Of a DNA stretch of 64,000 nucleotides, positions 1 to 8,599 are shown piece by piece; the first letter of the stretch is position 1, and every line of letters begins with the position of its first letter. Both the position numbers and the translations under genes were made by a program. Source of the DNA: an uncultured Gemmatimonadales bacterium (GTDB lineage: Bacteria; Gemmatimonadota; Gemmatimonadetes; Longimicrobiales; RSA9); the NCBI GenBank assembly GCA_963741945.1, contig CAVUKA010000005.1:192001-256000 (forward strand), read 5' to 3'. Under the pieces are notes generated by a model. The model did no database searches and was not told the origin of the DNA. It was given only the letters and a program-made list of their open reading frames with translations.

Positions 1-77
1 GCGGCCATCGCGGGCTGCCATCGCGCGGGCCGTGCCTGCCGGGACCGCCTGGGCTGCCCTCGGCTTTGCGTGGGAGA

Positions 78-962
78 TCAGGAGCCCGGGTTCATGGCAA
101 CGGGCGCCTCTCCGGAGTAGTCGTAGAACCCGCGCCCGGATTTGCGGCCGAAATAGCCGAGCGCGACCATGCGTCGGAGCAGCGGTGGCGGTGCGAACCG
201 GGTTTCCGCGTATTCGACGAACATGATCTCGGCGATCCGGAAGAGAGTATCGATGCCGACGAAGTCGGAGAGGGTGAATGGCCCCATGGGGTGGCCGGTC
301 CCGAGCATCATGCCCCTGTCGATGTCCTCGATGCTGCCGAGCCCCTGTTCGAGCGCGCGGATCGCGTCCAGCATATAGGGCACGAGCAGCCGGTTCACGA
401 TGAACCCGGAAGCGTCCTTCGCCTCGATGGCCGTCTTGCCCAGCGATCCCACGAACTCGCGAGCGGTCCGGTAGGCGTCCTCGCCCGTGGCGATCGTCCG
501 GACCACCTCCACGAGCTTCATGACGGGGACCGGGTTGAAGAAGTGCAGCCCGAGGAACCGGTCCGGGCGAGCCGTTGCGGCCGCCATCTCCGTCACCGTC
601 AGGGAGCTGGTGTTCGTGGCGAAGATGGTCTCCGGGCCGCACAGGTCATCCAGGCGCGCGAAGAGCTCCTTCTTCGCGTCCAGGTTCTCCACGATGGCCT
701 CGATCACCAGGTCAGCATCGCGCAGATCCTCCAGCTCCGTGGTTCCACGGATCCGGTCCATCGCCGCGTCCCGCGCCGCGGCCTCCAGCTTCCCTTTCTC
801 CACCGCGCGATCCACGCTCCTGCGGATGCGGCCCAGCGCCTTCTCGACCAGGTCGCCGCTGACTTCCCGCACCACGGTCTCGTAGCCCGACTTCGCGCAC
901 ACTTCCGCGATGCCGCTGCCCATCAGGCCGCCGCCCACGACGGCCACTCTGCTGATCGCCAT
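78..962 (-). CDS. 3-hydroxybutyryl-CoA / 3-hydroxyacyl-CoA dehydrogenase
   Basis: Rossmann motif VAVVGGGLMGSG, IEAIVEN, ATNTSS, GLHFFNP, GFIVNRLL, HPMGPF. Start trimmed to MAISRV (ATG 962, GGAGG upstream). Confidence 0.93.
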   Translation of the reverse strand: MAISRVAVVGGGLMGSGIAEVCAKSGYETVVREVSGDLVEKALGRIRRSVDRAVEKGKLEAAARDAAMDRIRGTTELEDLRDADLVIEAIVENLDAKKELFARLDDLCGPETIFATNTSSLTVTEMAAATARPDRFLGLHFFNPVPVMKLVEVVRTIATGEDAYRTAREFVGSLGKTAIEAKDASGFIVNRLLVPYMLDAIRALEQGLGSIEDIDRGMMLGTGHPMGPFTLSDFVGIDTLFRIAEIMFVEYAETRFAPPPLLRRMVALGYFGRKSGRGFYDYSGEAPVAMNPGS

Positions 963-1072
963 CTCGCCTCCGGGATTCGATTCGGGTGGCGCGCTCGAAC
1001 GCGCGCACTGGGTGCCTGTCGAGAGTGGACAATATGCGCGGGCGGGCGGGCGCCCGCGAGCGCGGAGCCGCG

Positions 1073-1966
1073 TCAGCCCTTCAGCGTGCCCGTGATCCGG
1101 GAGCGGAGGCTCCGCAGCCAGGGGGCGGGGGGCGGGTCGAGCCTGCGTCCGCCCTCCAGCCGGTCCAGCAGTCCCGCGATCTCCAGCCTCGCCGCATCGA
1201 GGCGGCTGCGGAAGCGGTGTCGGGCGACGACGATCCCGCTCGTTACACTGGCCGCGAACGCGCTCGCTCCAGCGGCCACCCCGGCGGCGTACGCGGCGGT
1301 GTCGCCGGCGCTGGCGAGGAACAGGTGCCCCACGGGGAAGAACACCCCGGCCGCCAGCGGGAGCCCGATGAGGGCGCCGCCCGCGATGCCGCGGGTGACG
1401 GCATGCCTGCGGTGATGGCCCACGTCCAGCTCGAGCCGGACGTGGCTCTCGTTGGACGGCATGGGCCGCACTTCCACGAGCACGCGCCGGCTCCGGGCGA
1501 TCTGCCACTGCCCCTGCCGCCGCCGGACGGCGCGGGCCACGTTGGAGATGGCGTCATCGGCCTGCGTGAACGCCGCCTTGCCCCCCTGGCGGCGAAGGAC
1601 CTGGAGGAACTCCCGGGTGACCAGGTATTCCTCCAGCCGGTCCATGACCTCGGCCGGGACACCCCGGACCACCCGGGTGCCCTGCACATGCTCGGGGCCG
1701 TACCACCGGTCCACCAGTCCCGTTTCGCCGCGGTCGGGCGGGAGCTCGTACAGCGCCTGGCGAACATACCGGCCGGGGAGCCCCAGCTCATCGGCCACGC
1801 GCAGGACCTCGGCCTCGCTCAGGCGGTCGTCGCCTTCCGCGTCGCTGGTGTACAGCTCCGCGGCCCGACGGATGACCAGCGGGAGCTGCCGCCGCGTGAT
1901 CTCCTCGCCCGGCTCGCGGGGCGAGGAGTCCTCAGGCGTGTCCCGGGATGGATGGTCGCGCGCCAT
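1073..1966 (-). CDS. Hypothetical membrane protein with N-terminal helical motif and two C-terminal TM segments
   Basis: 297-aa ORF lying tightly behind the SPFH gene. N-terminal IRRAAEL...LSEAEVLRVADELGL motif; hydrophobic hairpin near the C-terminus. Confidence 0.75.
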   Translation of the reverse strand: MARDHPSRDTPEDSSPREPGEEITRRQLPLVIRRAAELYTSDAEGDDRLSEAEVLRVADELGLPGRYVRQALYELPPDRGETGLVDRWYGPEHVQGTRVVRGVPAEVMDRLEEYLVTREFLQVLRRQGGKAAFTQADDAISNVARAVRRRQGQWQIARSRRVLVEVRPMPSNESHVRLELDVGHHRRHAVTRGIAGGALIGLPLAAGVFFPVGHLFLASAGDTAAYAAGVAAGASAFAASVTSGIVVARHRFRSRLDAARLEIAGLLDRLEGGRRLDPPPAPWLRSLRSRITGTLKG

Positions 1967-1977
1967 GCAACCCGGCG

Positions 1978-2880
1978 TCAGCGCTCCAGGCGCTCATCGA
2001 GGGTGAGCAGGCCCGCGGGCTCGTGCTCGACCGTGGAGCCGGGCAGCTGTGCGGGCCCCTCGTCGTCCGGCTCCACACCACTGTCCTCCTCCTCGTCGGG
2101 CTCCTCTTCATCATCCGCCGCGGCGAGGGTCTTCGCGGCTTTCTCCAGCATCGGCCGGAACAGCTCGATGGGCAGTGGGAAGAGTGTGGTGGAGTTGTTC
2201 TCGGCCGCGATTTCGGTCACCGTCTGGAGGAAGCGGAGGGAGATCGATGCCGGGTGCTGGGACATGATCCTGGCGGCCTGCGACAGCTTCCTGGACGCCT
2301 GGAGCTCGCCCTCCGCGTTGATCACCTTGGCGCGTCGATCGCGCTCGGCCTCGGCCTGGCGAGCCATGGCGCGCTTCATTTCCTGGGGCAGATCAATGTC
2401 CTTGACCTCGACGGCGGACACGTCGATCCCCCAGGTATCCGTGCCCTCGTCGATGTGGTCGCGCAGGATCTTGTTGATCCGCTCCCGCTCCGCCAGGAGC
2501 TCGTCCAGCTCCACCTGCCCCACCACGCTGCGCAGCGTGGTCTGCGCCAGCTGGCTGGTGGCGAACAGGTAGTCTTCGATCTCGACGATCGCCTTCACCG
2601 GATCGCTCACCCGGAAGTAGACCACGGCGTTCACCTTCACCGACACGTTGTCTCGCGTGATGACGTCCTGCGGCGGGATGTCCATGGCCACGATTCGCAG
2701 CGGCACTTTCACCATCCGCTCGAGACCGAACGGCCAGAGAACGATCAGTCCGGGGCCCCGCGGCAGCCGGAGCCGACCGAGCCGGAAGACCACCGCCCGC
2801 TCATACTCCCGCAGGACGCGCAGCATCATGCCGGCGAAAACGACCAACGCCCCGGCCGCAGCAATCAGGATCTGGATCAT
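1978..2880 (-). CDS. SPFH/band-7 (stomatin-like, slipin) protein
   Basis: N-terminal [54 protein letters not shown]; acidic tail. Confidence 0.93.
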   Translation of the reverse strand: MIQILIAAAGALVVFAGMMLRVLREYERAVVFRLGRLRLPRGPGLIVLWPFGLERMVKVPLRIVAMDIPPQDVITRDNVSVKVNAVVYFRVSDPVKAIVEIEDYLFATSQLAQTTLRSVVGQVELDELLAERERINKILRDHIDEGTDTWGIDVSAVEVKDIDLPQEMKRAMARQAEAERDRRAKVINAEGELQASRKLSQAARIMSQHPASISLRFLQTVTEIAAENNSTTLFPLPIELFRPMLEKAAKTLAAADDEEEPDEEEDSGVEPDDEGPAQLPGSTVEHEPAGLLTLDERLER

Positions 2881-2896
2881 GGACCTGCTCCTTTAC

Positions 2897-4105
2897 TCAG
2901 TGCAGTGCCTCCACCACCACCGCCATGCCCTGCCCGCCGCCGATGCAGGCGGACCCCAGGGCGAACCGCCCTCCCGTCCGGCGCAGCTCGTGGATGAGGT
3001 GAACGGTGATGCGTGCGCCCGAGGCGGCCAGCGGGTGCGTGAGGGCGATGGCACCGCCGTTCACGTTCGTCTTCTCCATGTCGAGCCCCAGCTCCTTCAC
3101 CACGGCCGCCACCTGCGGTGCGAACGCCTCGTTCACTTCTACGAGATCCATCTCGGCCAGCGTCAAGCCGGCCGCTTGCAGCGCTTTCCGGGCGGCCGGG
3201 ACCGGGCCGATGCCCATGATCTCCGGATCGACGCCCGCCACTCCCCACGAAACCAGCCGCGCCAGCGGCTTCAGTCCCTTCCCTTCCGCCCACGCACGGC
3301 TGGCCACGACCACGGCCGCCGCCCCGTCCCCGATGCCGCTGGCGTTCCCCGCCGTGACCAGGCCGTCCTTCTTGAAGTACGGCCGGAGCTTCCCCAGCGC
3401 CTCCATGGTGGTCTCCGGCCGCATGTGCTCGTCGATGCGGAACTCCACCGGACCCTTTCGCGTCTCCACGCTCACGGGCACCACTTCCGCGTCGAACCGC
3501 CCCTCGTCCCAGCCCCGCTTCGCGCGCTGCTGGGATTCGAACGCGATCCGATCCGCTTCCTCCCGTGTCACGTCGTACCGGCCGGCGAGCTCTTCGGCCG
3601 TCTGGGCCATGGACAGGCCGCAGTGCGTGTCCGTCAGCGATTCCCACAGCATGTCCTCGAAGAAGCCGCCCGCCTCACCCAGCCGGAGCGAGCCGAAGCG
3701 CGCCCCGCGCACCACGTGCGGCGCCTGGCTCATGGACTCCGTCCCTCCGGCCAGGCAGACATCCGCCTGACCCAGCATGATCTCCTGCGCCGCGCTCACG
3801 GCCGCCTGGAACCCGCTGCCGCACAAACGATTGACGGTCAGGGCGGGCACCTCCGTCGGTACACCCGATTCCAGCCCCACGTGCCTCGCCAGGTAGATGG
3901 CGTCCGCCGACGTCTGGAGGGCGTTGCCGAAAATGACATGGTCGATCTCACCCGGGGCCACTCCCGCTTCATCCAGCGCCGACTTCGCGGCCAGCGCGCC
4001 CAGCTGGGTCGCGGTGAAGCCCTTGAGCGCACCGCCGAAGGTGCCGAACGGAGTGCGGCGGCCGGAAAGGAAGACGATGTCGGTGTCGTGGCCCTGGGTT
4101 CCCAT
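2897..4105 (-). CDS. Acetyl-CoA C-acyltransferase (thiolase)
   Basis: TVNRLCGSG, GGTESMS, TAGNASGIGDGAAA, EVNEAFA, NVNGGAIALTHP, SACIGGGQG. Start MGTQG at 4105. Confidence 0.95.
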   Translation of the reverse strand: MGTQGHDTDIVFLSGRRTPFGTFGGALKGFTATQLGALAAKSALDEAGVAPGEIDHVIFGNALQTSADAIYLARHVGLESGVPTEVPALTVNRLCGSGFQAAVSAAQEIMLGQADVCLAGGTESMSQAPHVVRGARFGSLRLGEAGGFFEDMLWESLTDTHCGLSMAQTAEELAGRYDVTREEADRIAFESQQRAKRGWDEGRFDAEVVPVSVETRKGPVEFRIDEHMRPETTMEALGKLRPYFKKDGLVTAGNASGIGDGAAAVVVASRAWAEGKGLKPLARLVSWGVAGVDPEIMGIGPVPAARKALQAAGLTLAEMDLVEVNEAFAPQVAAVVKELGLDMEKTNVNGGAIALTHPLAASGARITVHLIHELRRTGGRFALGSACIGGGQGMAVVVEALH

Positions 4106-4212
4106 GAGACTCCCGGTGGTGAGGTTGGATGCGCCGGCGCCAGCGCGGATTTGCCGTGAAGGAAACCTACTGCAGTGGCCCCGCGGTGGCCACGCGCGGG
4201 CTACGGCATGTC

Positions 4213-5262
4213 TTACCGGAGGACCTCGCGGCAGAGCCACTCCCCGACTTCCGCGGTGCTCAGCTTCCCTCCCAGGTCCCGCGTTGTGGCGCCACTGCGG
4301 ATCGCGGCGTCGACAGCCGCCTCGATCCGGCGGGCGGCGGCGCCGGCGCCGAGGTGATCGAGCATCAGGGCGGCGGTGAGCACCGCCGCAATGGGGTTGG
4401 CGATCCCCTGCCCGGCAATGTCGGGCGCGGACCCGTGAACGGGCTCGAACAGTCCGATCCGGCCGGGGTGCAGGTTCGCGGAGGGCGCCAGGCCGAGGCC
4501 GCCCACGAGGCCGGCGGCGAGATCGCTGATGATGTCGCCGAAGAGGTTCGAGGTGACGATCACCTGGTAGCGCGCCGGATGGAGGACCAGGTCCATGGCC
4601 AGGGCGTCAATGTACATGGCGCTCCGTTCCACGTCCGGGAACTCCGCGCCGACTTCGGCGAACACACGTCGCCAGAGCTGACCACTGTGGCGCATGGCGT
4701 TGGACTTGTCGGCGAGCGTCAGGGAGCGCCCGCGGTCGGAAGCGTGCTGGAAGGCGGCGCGGATGATCCGTTCGACTCCCTTCCGCGTGCTCACGTCCTC
4801 CTCGAGGGCGACTTCGTCGGGCGTGCCACGCTTGAATACGCCGCCCATGCCCACGTAGCTGCCCTCGGTGTTCTCGCGGAAGACAACGAAGTCCAGATCG
4901 GCCGCGGCGGCGTCGCGCAGCGGCCCGCGCTGTCCCTCGATGAGGCGAACGGGCCGCAGGTTCACATAGAGGTCCAGCCGGAACCGCATCCCCAGCAGGA
5001 TGTCGCGGGCGTGCTCGTTGCCGGGCACGCGTGGATCGCCGAGCGCGCCCAGGAGGATGGCGTCGTATGCCGAGCCGAGCTCCGCCATCTCCGCGTCGGT
5101 GATCGTGGCACCGGTCTGCAGGTACCGCTCGGCGCCCAGGTCCCACTCCACCAGCTCGAGACCGAGGGACATGTCCTCGTCCAGACAGCGGAGCACCCGG
5201 ACGGCTTCAGCCGTGACTTCCTGCCCGATCCCATCGCCGGGGACGACCGCGATTCTCGCCAT
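4213..5262 (-). CDS. Isocitrate/isopropylmalate dehydrogenase family enzyme (LeuB-like)
   Basis: PGDGIGQEV, FRENTEG, DKSNA, NLFGDIISDL, FEPVHGSAPDIAG. Substrate is uncertain because no leu genes are adjacent. Confidence 0.9.
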   Translation of the reverse strand: MARIAVVPGDGIGQEVTAEAVRVLRCLDEDMSLGLELVEWDLGAERYLQTGATITDAEMAELGSAYDAILLGALGDPRVPGNEHARDILLGMRFRLDLYVNLRPVRLIEGQRGPLRDAAAADLDFVVFRENTEGSYVGMGGVFKRGTPDEVALEEDVSTRKGVERIIRAAFQHASDRGRSLTLADKSNAMRHSGQLWRRVFAEVGAEFPDVERSAMYIDALAMDLVLHPARYQVIVTSNLFGDIISDLAAGLVGGLGLAPSANLHPGRIGLFEPVHGSAPDIAGQGIANPIAAVLTAALMLDHLGAGAAARRIEAAVDAAIRSGATTRDLGGKLSTAEVGEWLCREVLR

Positions 5263-5265
5263 TGC

Positions 5266-5706
5266 TCATTCCTCACCGGGAACGCGGACGATGAGGACAC
5301 CACGGGTGCCGTGGGCCACACACTGGAAGGGATACGATCCCGCAGGGGCGTCCCGCAGGACCACCACCCACGCCGACCCTTCCTCCACCAGCGGCGGTCC
5401 CCGCATCTGCATGCTCTCTTCCAGGAAGCGCATCGCCGCGGGCGACAGCTCGTCGCGTATGAACGCCACGGCGTGCGTCCGCCGGTCTCCGGCGATGAAG
5501 CGCACCGCGTCTCCCGGGGTCGCGCGCACCGTGTCGGGCACCAGCGTGTCATTGGCCTGCGCGCCGCCGATCCGCACGTCGTGCAGCGTCGTGCCGCTCC
5601 CGAGGTCGACGCTCGTCGAATCGTTCAGCTGCACCGATGCGCCCGGCTGCGTGCGGTCGCAGGCACCGCCGGAGAGGACGGCCAGCGCCGCCAGGGCGGA
5701 AATCAA
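5266..5706 (-). CDS. Cupredoxin-like lipoprotein (start uncertain)
   Basis: Hydrophobic stretch plus GGAC lipobox; PGDAVRF, THAVAF and YPFQCVAH match the plastocyanin/azurin fold. Confidence 0.7.
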   Translation of the reverse strand: MISALAALAVLSGGACDRTQPGASVQLNDSTSVDLGSGTTLHDVRIGGAQANDTLVPDTVRATPGDAVRFIAGDRRTHAVAFIRDELSPAAMRFLEESMQMRGPPLVEEGSAWVVVLRDAPAGSYPFQCVAHGTRGVLIVRVPGEE

Positions 5707-5738
5707 AACGCCGGAGCGCCCCGGGGGCGCTCCGGCGT
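5701..5738 (-). terminator. Intrinsic terminator after the cytochrome c gene
   Basis: Minus strand ACGCCGGAGCGCCC-CCG-GGGCGCTCCGGCGT followed by TTTGATT. Confidence 0.7.
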
Positions 5739-5757
5739 CAGTTCCGTGCTCAACCGC

Positions 5758-6246
5758 TCAGCCCTGGCCGAGCGACACGACGTATGCCGCAACGGCGTCC
5801 ACCTGTTCATCGGTGAGATTCGCTCCGCCCATCGGCGGCATCGGACCGGGGTGGCTCACGGGCTGCGGCACGCCCGTCTTGATGATGTTCACGATCTCGT
5901 CGTAATTCCGCCCGGAGGTGTGGAGCCACTCGTTGTCGGTGAGGTCCGGCGCCAGCGCGGTGCCCTTGGCGTTCGGACCGTGGCACGCCACGCAGCCACC
6001 CTGACTGGTGAAGATTCGACGCCCCTGCGTCACCTGCTCCTGCGTGATGCCTTCCGGCAGGTTCGCAGCGGTCGGCGTGCCCTCCTCCGCGCCTGCCGCA
6101 GCCATGCCCGTGTCGGCAGCCGGCGTGGTGCTCTCCGGCGCTGCCGACGCCGCCTCACCACCGCCCTGATCGCCGCCGCCGCAGGCGGCCAGTCCGAAAG
6201 CCGCTACCGCGGCCAGTGCAAGCATGCTCGAACGCGTGGCGCGCAT
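5758..6246 (-). CDS. Monoheme c-type cytochrome lipoprotein
   Basis: LAAC lipobox, Ala/Pro linker, CVACH heme motif, MPPMG axial Met. Confidence 0.9.
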   Translation of the reverse strand: MRATRSSMLALAAVAAFGLAACGGGDQGGGEAASAAPESTTPAADTGMAAAGAEEGTPTAANLPEGITQEQVTQGRRIFTSQGGCVACHGPNAKGTALAPDLTDNEWLHTSGRNYDEIVNIIKTGVPQPVSHPGPMPPMGGANLTDEQVDAVAAYVVSLGQG

Positions 6247-6321
6247 ATGCGATTCACTTCTCCTGTTGTTCCGTATCCGGGGCACGGATCCCGTGCCGCA
6301 GTGCTGTCGATGGAAGCCGCG

Positions 6322-6351
6322 ATAATAGAGGAAGCGGACCGACACCGTCAA
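6322..6351 (-). promoter_or_regulatory. Sigma70-type promoter for the cytochrome c gene
   Basis: Minus strand TTGACG-N18-TATTAT. Confidence 0.55.
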
Positions 6352-6366
6352 GCTGGCGCAACCGCT

Positions 6367-7350
6367 TCAACCGCCCTCATCCCGGAGCGCGGCCTGTACG
6401 TCCGCGGGGGCCCGGGCCAGGGTGCTGTCCGCCCGCGGATCGCCGGCGGCGCGCTGGGCCCGGACCAGCGCCAGCCAGTTCGTCGCATCGTCCGGGGCCG
6501 CATCCACGGCCCGCTGGTACTGCTTCACCGCCATGGCTGAACGCCCCAGATCGACGAAGAGGTGCCCCAGCTCTCGCCGGACGTCCGCGTCTTCGGGCGC
6601 CGCGGCAACGGCCTTCTTCAGCGTGTTCGCGGCCGCTTCCGGATGACCCCGCCGCCGCTGGATGCGCGCCAGGTACAGAAGGGCGTCCACGTTGTCCGGA
6701 GCCGCGTTCACGGTCCTCTCGAACAGCACTTCGGCGCTGTCCAGGCGCCCCGCCCGGAACGCCGTGATCGCGGCATCCATGTCGCTCACCGGGCGGCGGA
6801 GGAGCACCCACCCGAAGCCCACCAGGACGACTATGGCAAGTGCGGCACCGAGCCATGCCATCCACCGGCCGATGCCCGGCGAGGCCGGAGGCCGGGCCGC
6901 CTCACCGGCCGCCTCGCCGGCCGTCGCTTCCGCAGGCGCGACGCGCGCCGGTGTCTCCGCGGTGGCCTCCAGCAAGAGCTCCTGCCGGACGCGGTGGACC
7001 GCCGCGAGGCCGACATCGGCGTCTGCGGGACGTGCTTCGCCAGCGCGGGCGCGCGCCACCACGCCGTCCATCTCGTGAAGCGTACCGGCGAGCCGAAGCG
7101 AGATGCGGTCGCGGGCGCGGAGGCTGCGGATCACGTCCCGGATCGGGAGCTGTTCGTCCGAAAGCGCACGAAGACGCTCGGCTTCCGGCGCATCCGGATC
7201 CAGACGCAGACGCAGCCGCAAGGCCTCCTGGATGGCCGCATGGACGCGTTCGAGCGCGGTCCCGAGCTCCTCCAGCGTGTGATAGCCCTGAAGGCGGCGG
7301 ATGAAGTCCGCCGACTCATCGAGGGGCCGCAGCGGGCCCGATGGGTCCAT
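6367..7350 (-). CDS. Single-pass membrane protein with C-terminal TPR repeats
   Basis: Central TM (WLGAALAIVVLVGFGWVLL); TPR-like repeats (PDNVDALLYLA, PEDADVRRELG, PDDATNWLAL). Confidence 0.8.
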   Translation of the reverse strand: MDPSGPLRPLDESADFIRRLQGYHTLEELGTALERVHAAIQEALRLRLRLDPDAPEAERLRALSDEQLPIRDVIRSLRARDRISLRLAGTLHEMDGVVARARAGEARPADADVGLAAVHRVRQELLLEATAETPARVAPAEATAGEAAGEAARPPASPGIGRWMAWLGAALAIVVLVGFGWVLLRRPVSDMDAAITAFRAGRLDSAEVLFERTVNAAPDNVDALLYLARIQRRRGHPEAAANTLKKAVAAAPEDADVRRELGHLFVDLGRSAMAVKQYQRAVDAAPDDATNWLALVRAQRAAGDPRADSTLARAPADVQAALRDEGG

Positions 7351-7358
7351 AAACGCGA

Positions 7359-8444
7359 TCAGCGTTCGATCTTCAGCAGTCCCGCGCGTGCATGGGCGAG
7401 GATGAACCCCTCGGCATCATCGGCCGGGACGCCCACACCGATCCGCACGCGGGTGTCCTCGGCCCAGCGACGCATGAACTGTGCAACACTCTCCCCGGCG
7501 CGTCCCGCCTGATCCCGGATCTGGCGCACGATCTCCAGCCAGGAGCCGTCGAACGCCGTCCCGTCCGGCAGGCGCACGCGGTGCCGGGCAGTGGTGTCGG
7601 AGCGAGCCGCGCCACCGCTCGCCCAGCTCTGCGGCTCCGGGAGCGGCTCCAACTCCATGGCCTCGACCTCCGCCAGCAGCTCATCCACCGGGTCGGCCGC
7701 CTCCTCCAGCTCGTCCAGGCGGGATTCCCAGATCATGAGCTCGGGATCATCGTCCCTGAGCCCGCCCACGCTCTTGTGCAGCTCGATCAGGCGCCAGACG
7801 GCCAGGGGATCCCAGTGCTCGGCGGGGGCGAGCGCCGCGAAGCCTTCCAGCGCGCCCTGCCAGTCACCCCTGTCGTACAGCAGGTGTGCCAGGTAGATCC
7901 GGGCCTCCACGTGGTCCGGGTTGAGCGCGAGCGCGGCCCTCAGCTCCCGGATTGCCGACTTGTCCTTCCCCATGCGATGGAGAACGAACCCCAGGCCGGC
8001 CGTGGCGTCTGCGCTGTCCGGCTGCACGTCGAGCGCGGCCTCGAATGCGTCCCGGGCCATCTCGTTCTGCTCGTCCCGATACAGCGCGCGGGCCATGGAC
8101 ATGAGCAGCTCCGGGTCTTCGCCACCGGGGCCGGAGCGGACGCGAGCGAAGAGCTCGGCGGCCTGCTGGCGGCGCCCGAAGCGCAGGAGCGTCTCGCCGA
8201 AGCCAACCATCCCGTCATCGTGCTCGGGGTCGAGCACCATGGCCTTCTCGAAGGCATGGAGGGCCCAGGCGAATTCTTCCCTGGCGAGGCGGGTGTAGCC
8301 GATGCCGACGTGGAGGTCGACGGAGTGGGGGTAAAGCCGGAGCCCTTCCTTCAGTACCTCGAGTGCTGCGTCGTAGTCACCGCGGTCGTAGAGCACGTGC
8401 GCACGTTCATCATACTCCTCGGAGTTGAGGAACGAGTCAGGCAT
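7359..8444 (-). CDS. TPR-repeat protein with a small uncharacterised C-terminal domain
   Basis: About 6 TPR-like helix pairs (LDPEHDDGMVGFG, PDSADATAGLG, NPDHVEARIYLA) and a distinct ~70-aa C-terminal domain. Confidence 0.82.
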   Translation of the reverse strand: MPDSFLNSEEYDERAHVLYDRGDYDAALEVLKEGLRLYPHSVDLHVGIGYTRLAREEFAWALHAFEKAMVLDPEHDDGMVGFGETLLRFGRRQQAAELFARVRSGPGGEDPELLMSMARALYRDEQNEMARDAFEAALDVQPDSADATAGLGFVLHRMGKDKSAIRELRAALALNPDHVEARIYLAHLLYDRGDWQGALEGFAALAPAEHWDPLAVWRLIELHKSVGGLRDDDPELMIWESRLDELEEAADPVDELLAEVEAMELEPLPEPQSWASGGAARSDTTARHRVRLPDGTAFDGSWLEIVRQIRDQAGRAGESVAQFMRRWAEDTRVRIGVGVPADDAEGFILAHARAGLLKIER

Positions 8445-8599
8445 AAACGGCGCCTCCGGTTCCGGGTTGTCTGACTGGGCGTTTAAGGAAGGACCGCCAC
8501 GGCGGTCATTTCAATGTAAACGATCGGCAGATCGGGTGCTACCCTTGAGCGAGCCCCCGCGCGCCCGCCTCGACGGCAGTGATCACCCCCTCGGCGCGG

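Noticed and set aside
5707-5760. Selenocysteine or stop read-through fusing cytochrome c to the cupredoxin (TGA is in frame, with a hairpin downstream)
   Set aside because: The UGA is not at a catalytic Cys position, the fusion would bury a second lipoprotein signal, and the hairpin with U-tract fits a terminator.
4129-6540. Long alternative-frame ORFs (e.g. 803 aa here; also 21204-23399, 49807-51960, 59399-61444)
   Set aside because: They are antisense shadows of well-supported genes. Stop codons are scarce at high GC, and the products are Arg/Gly/Pro-rich without motifs.
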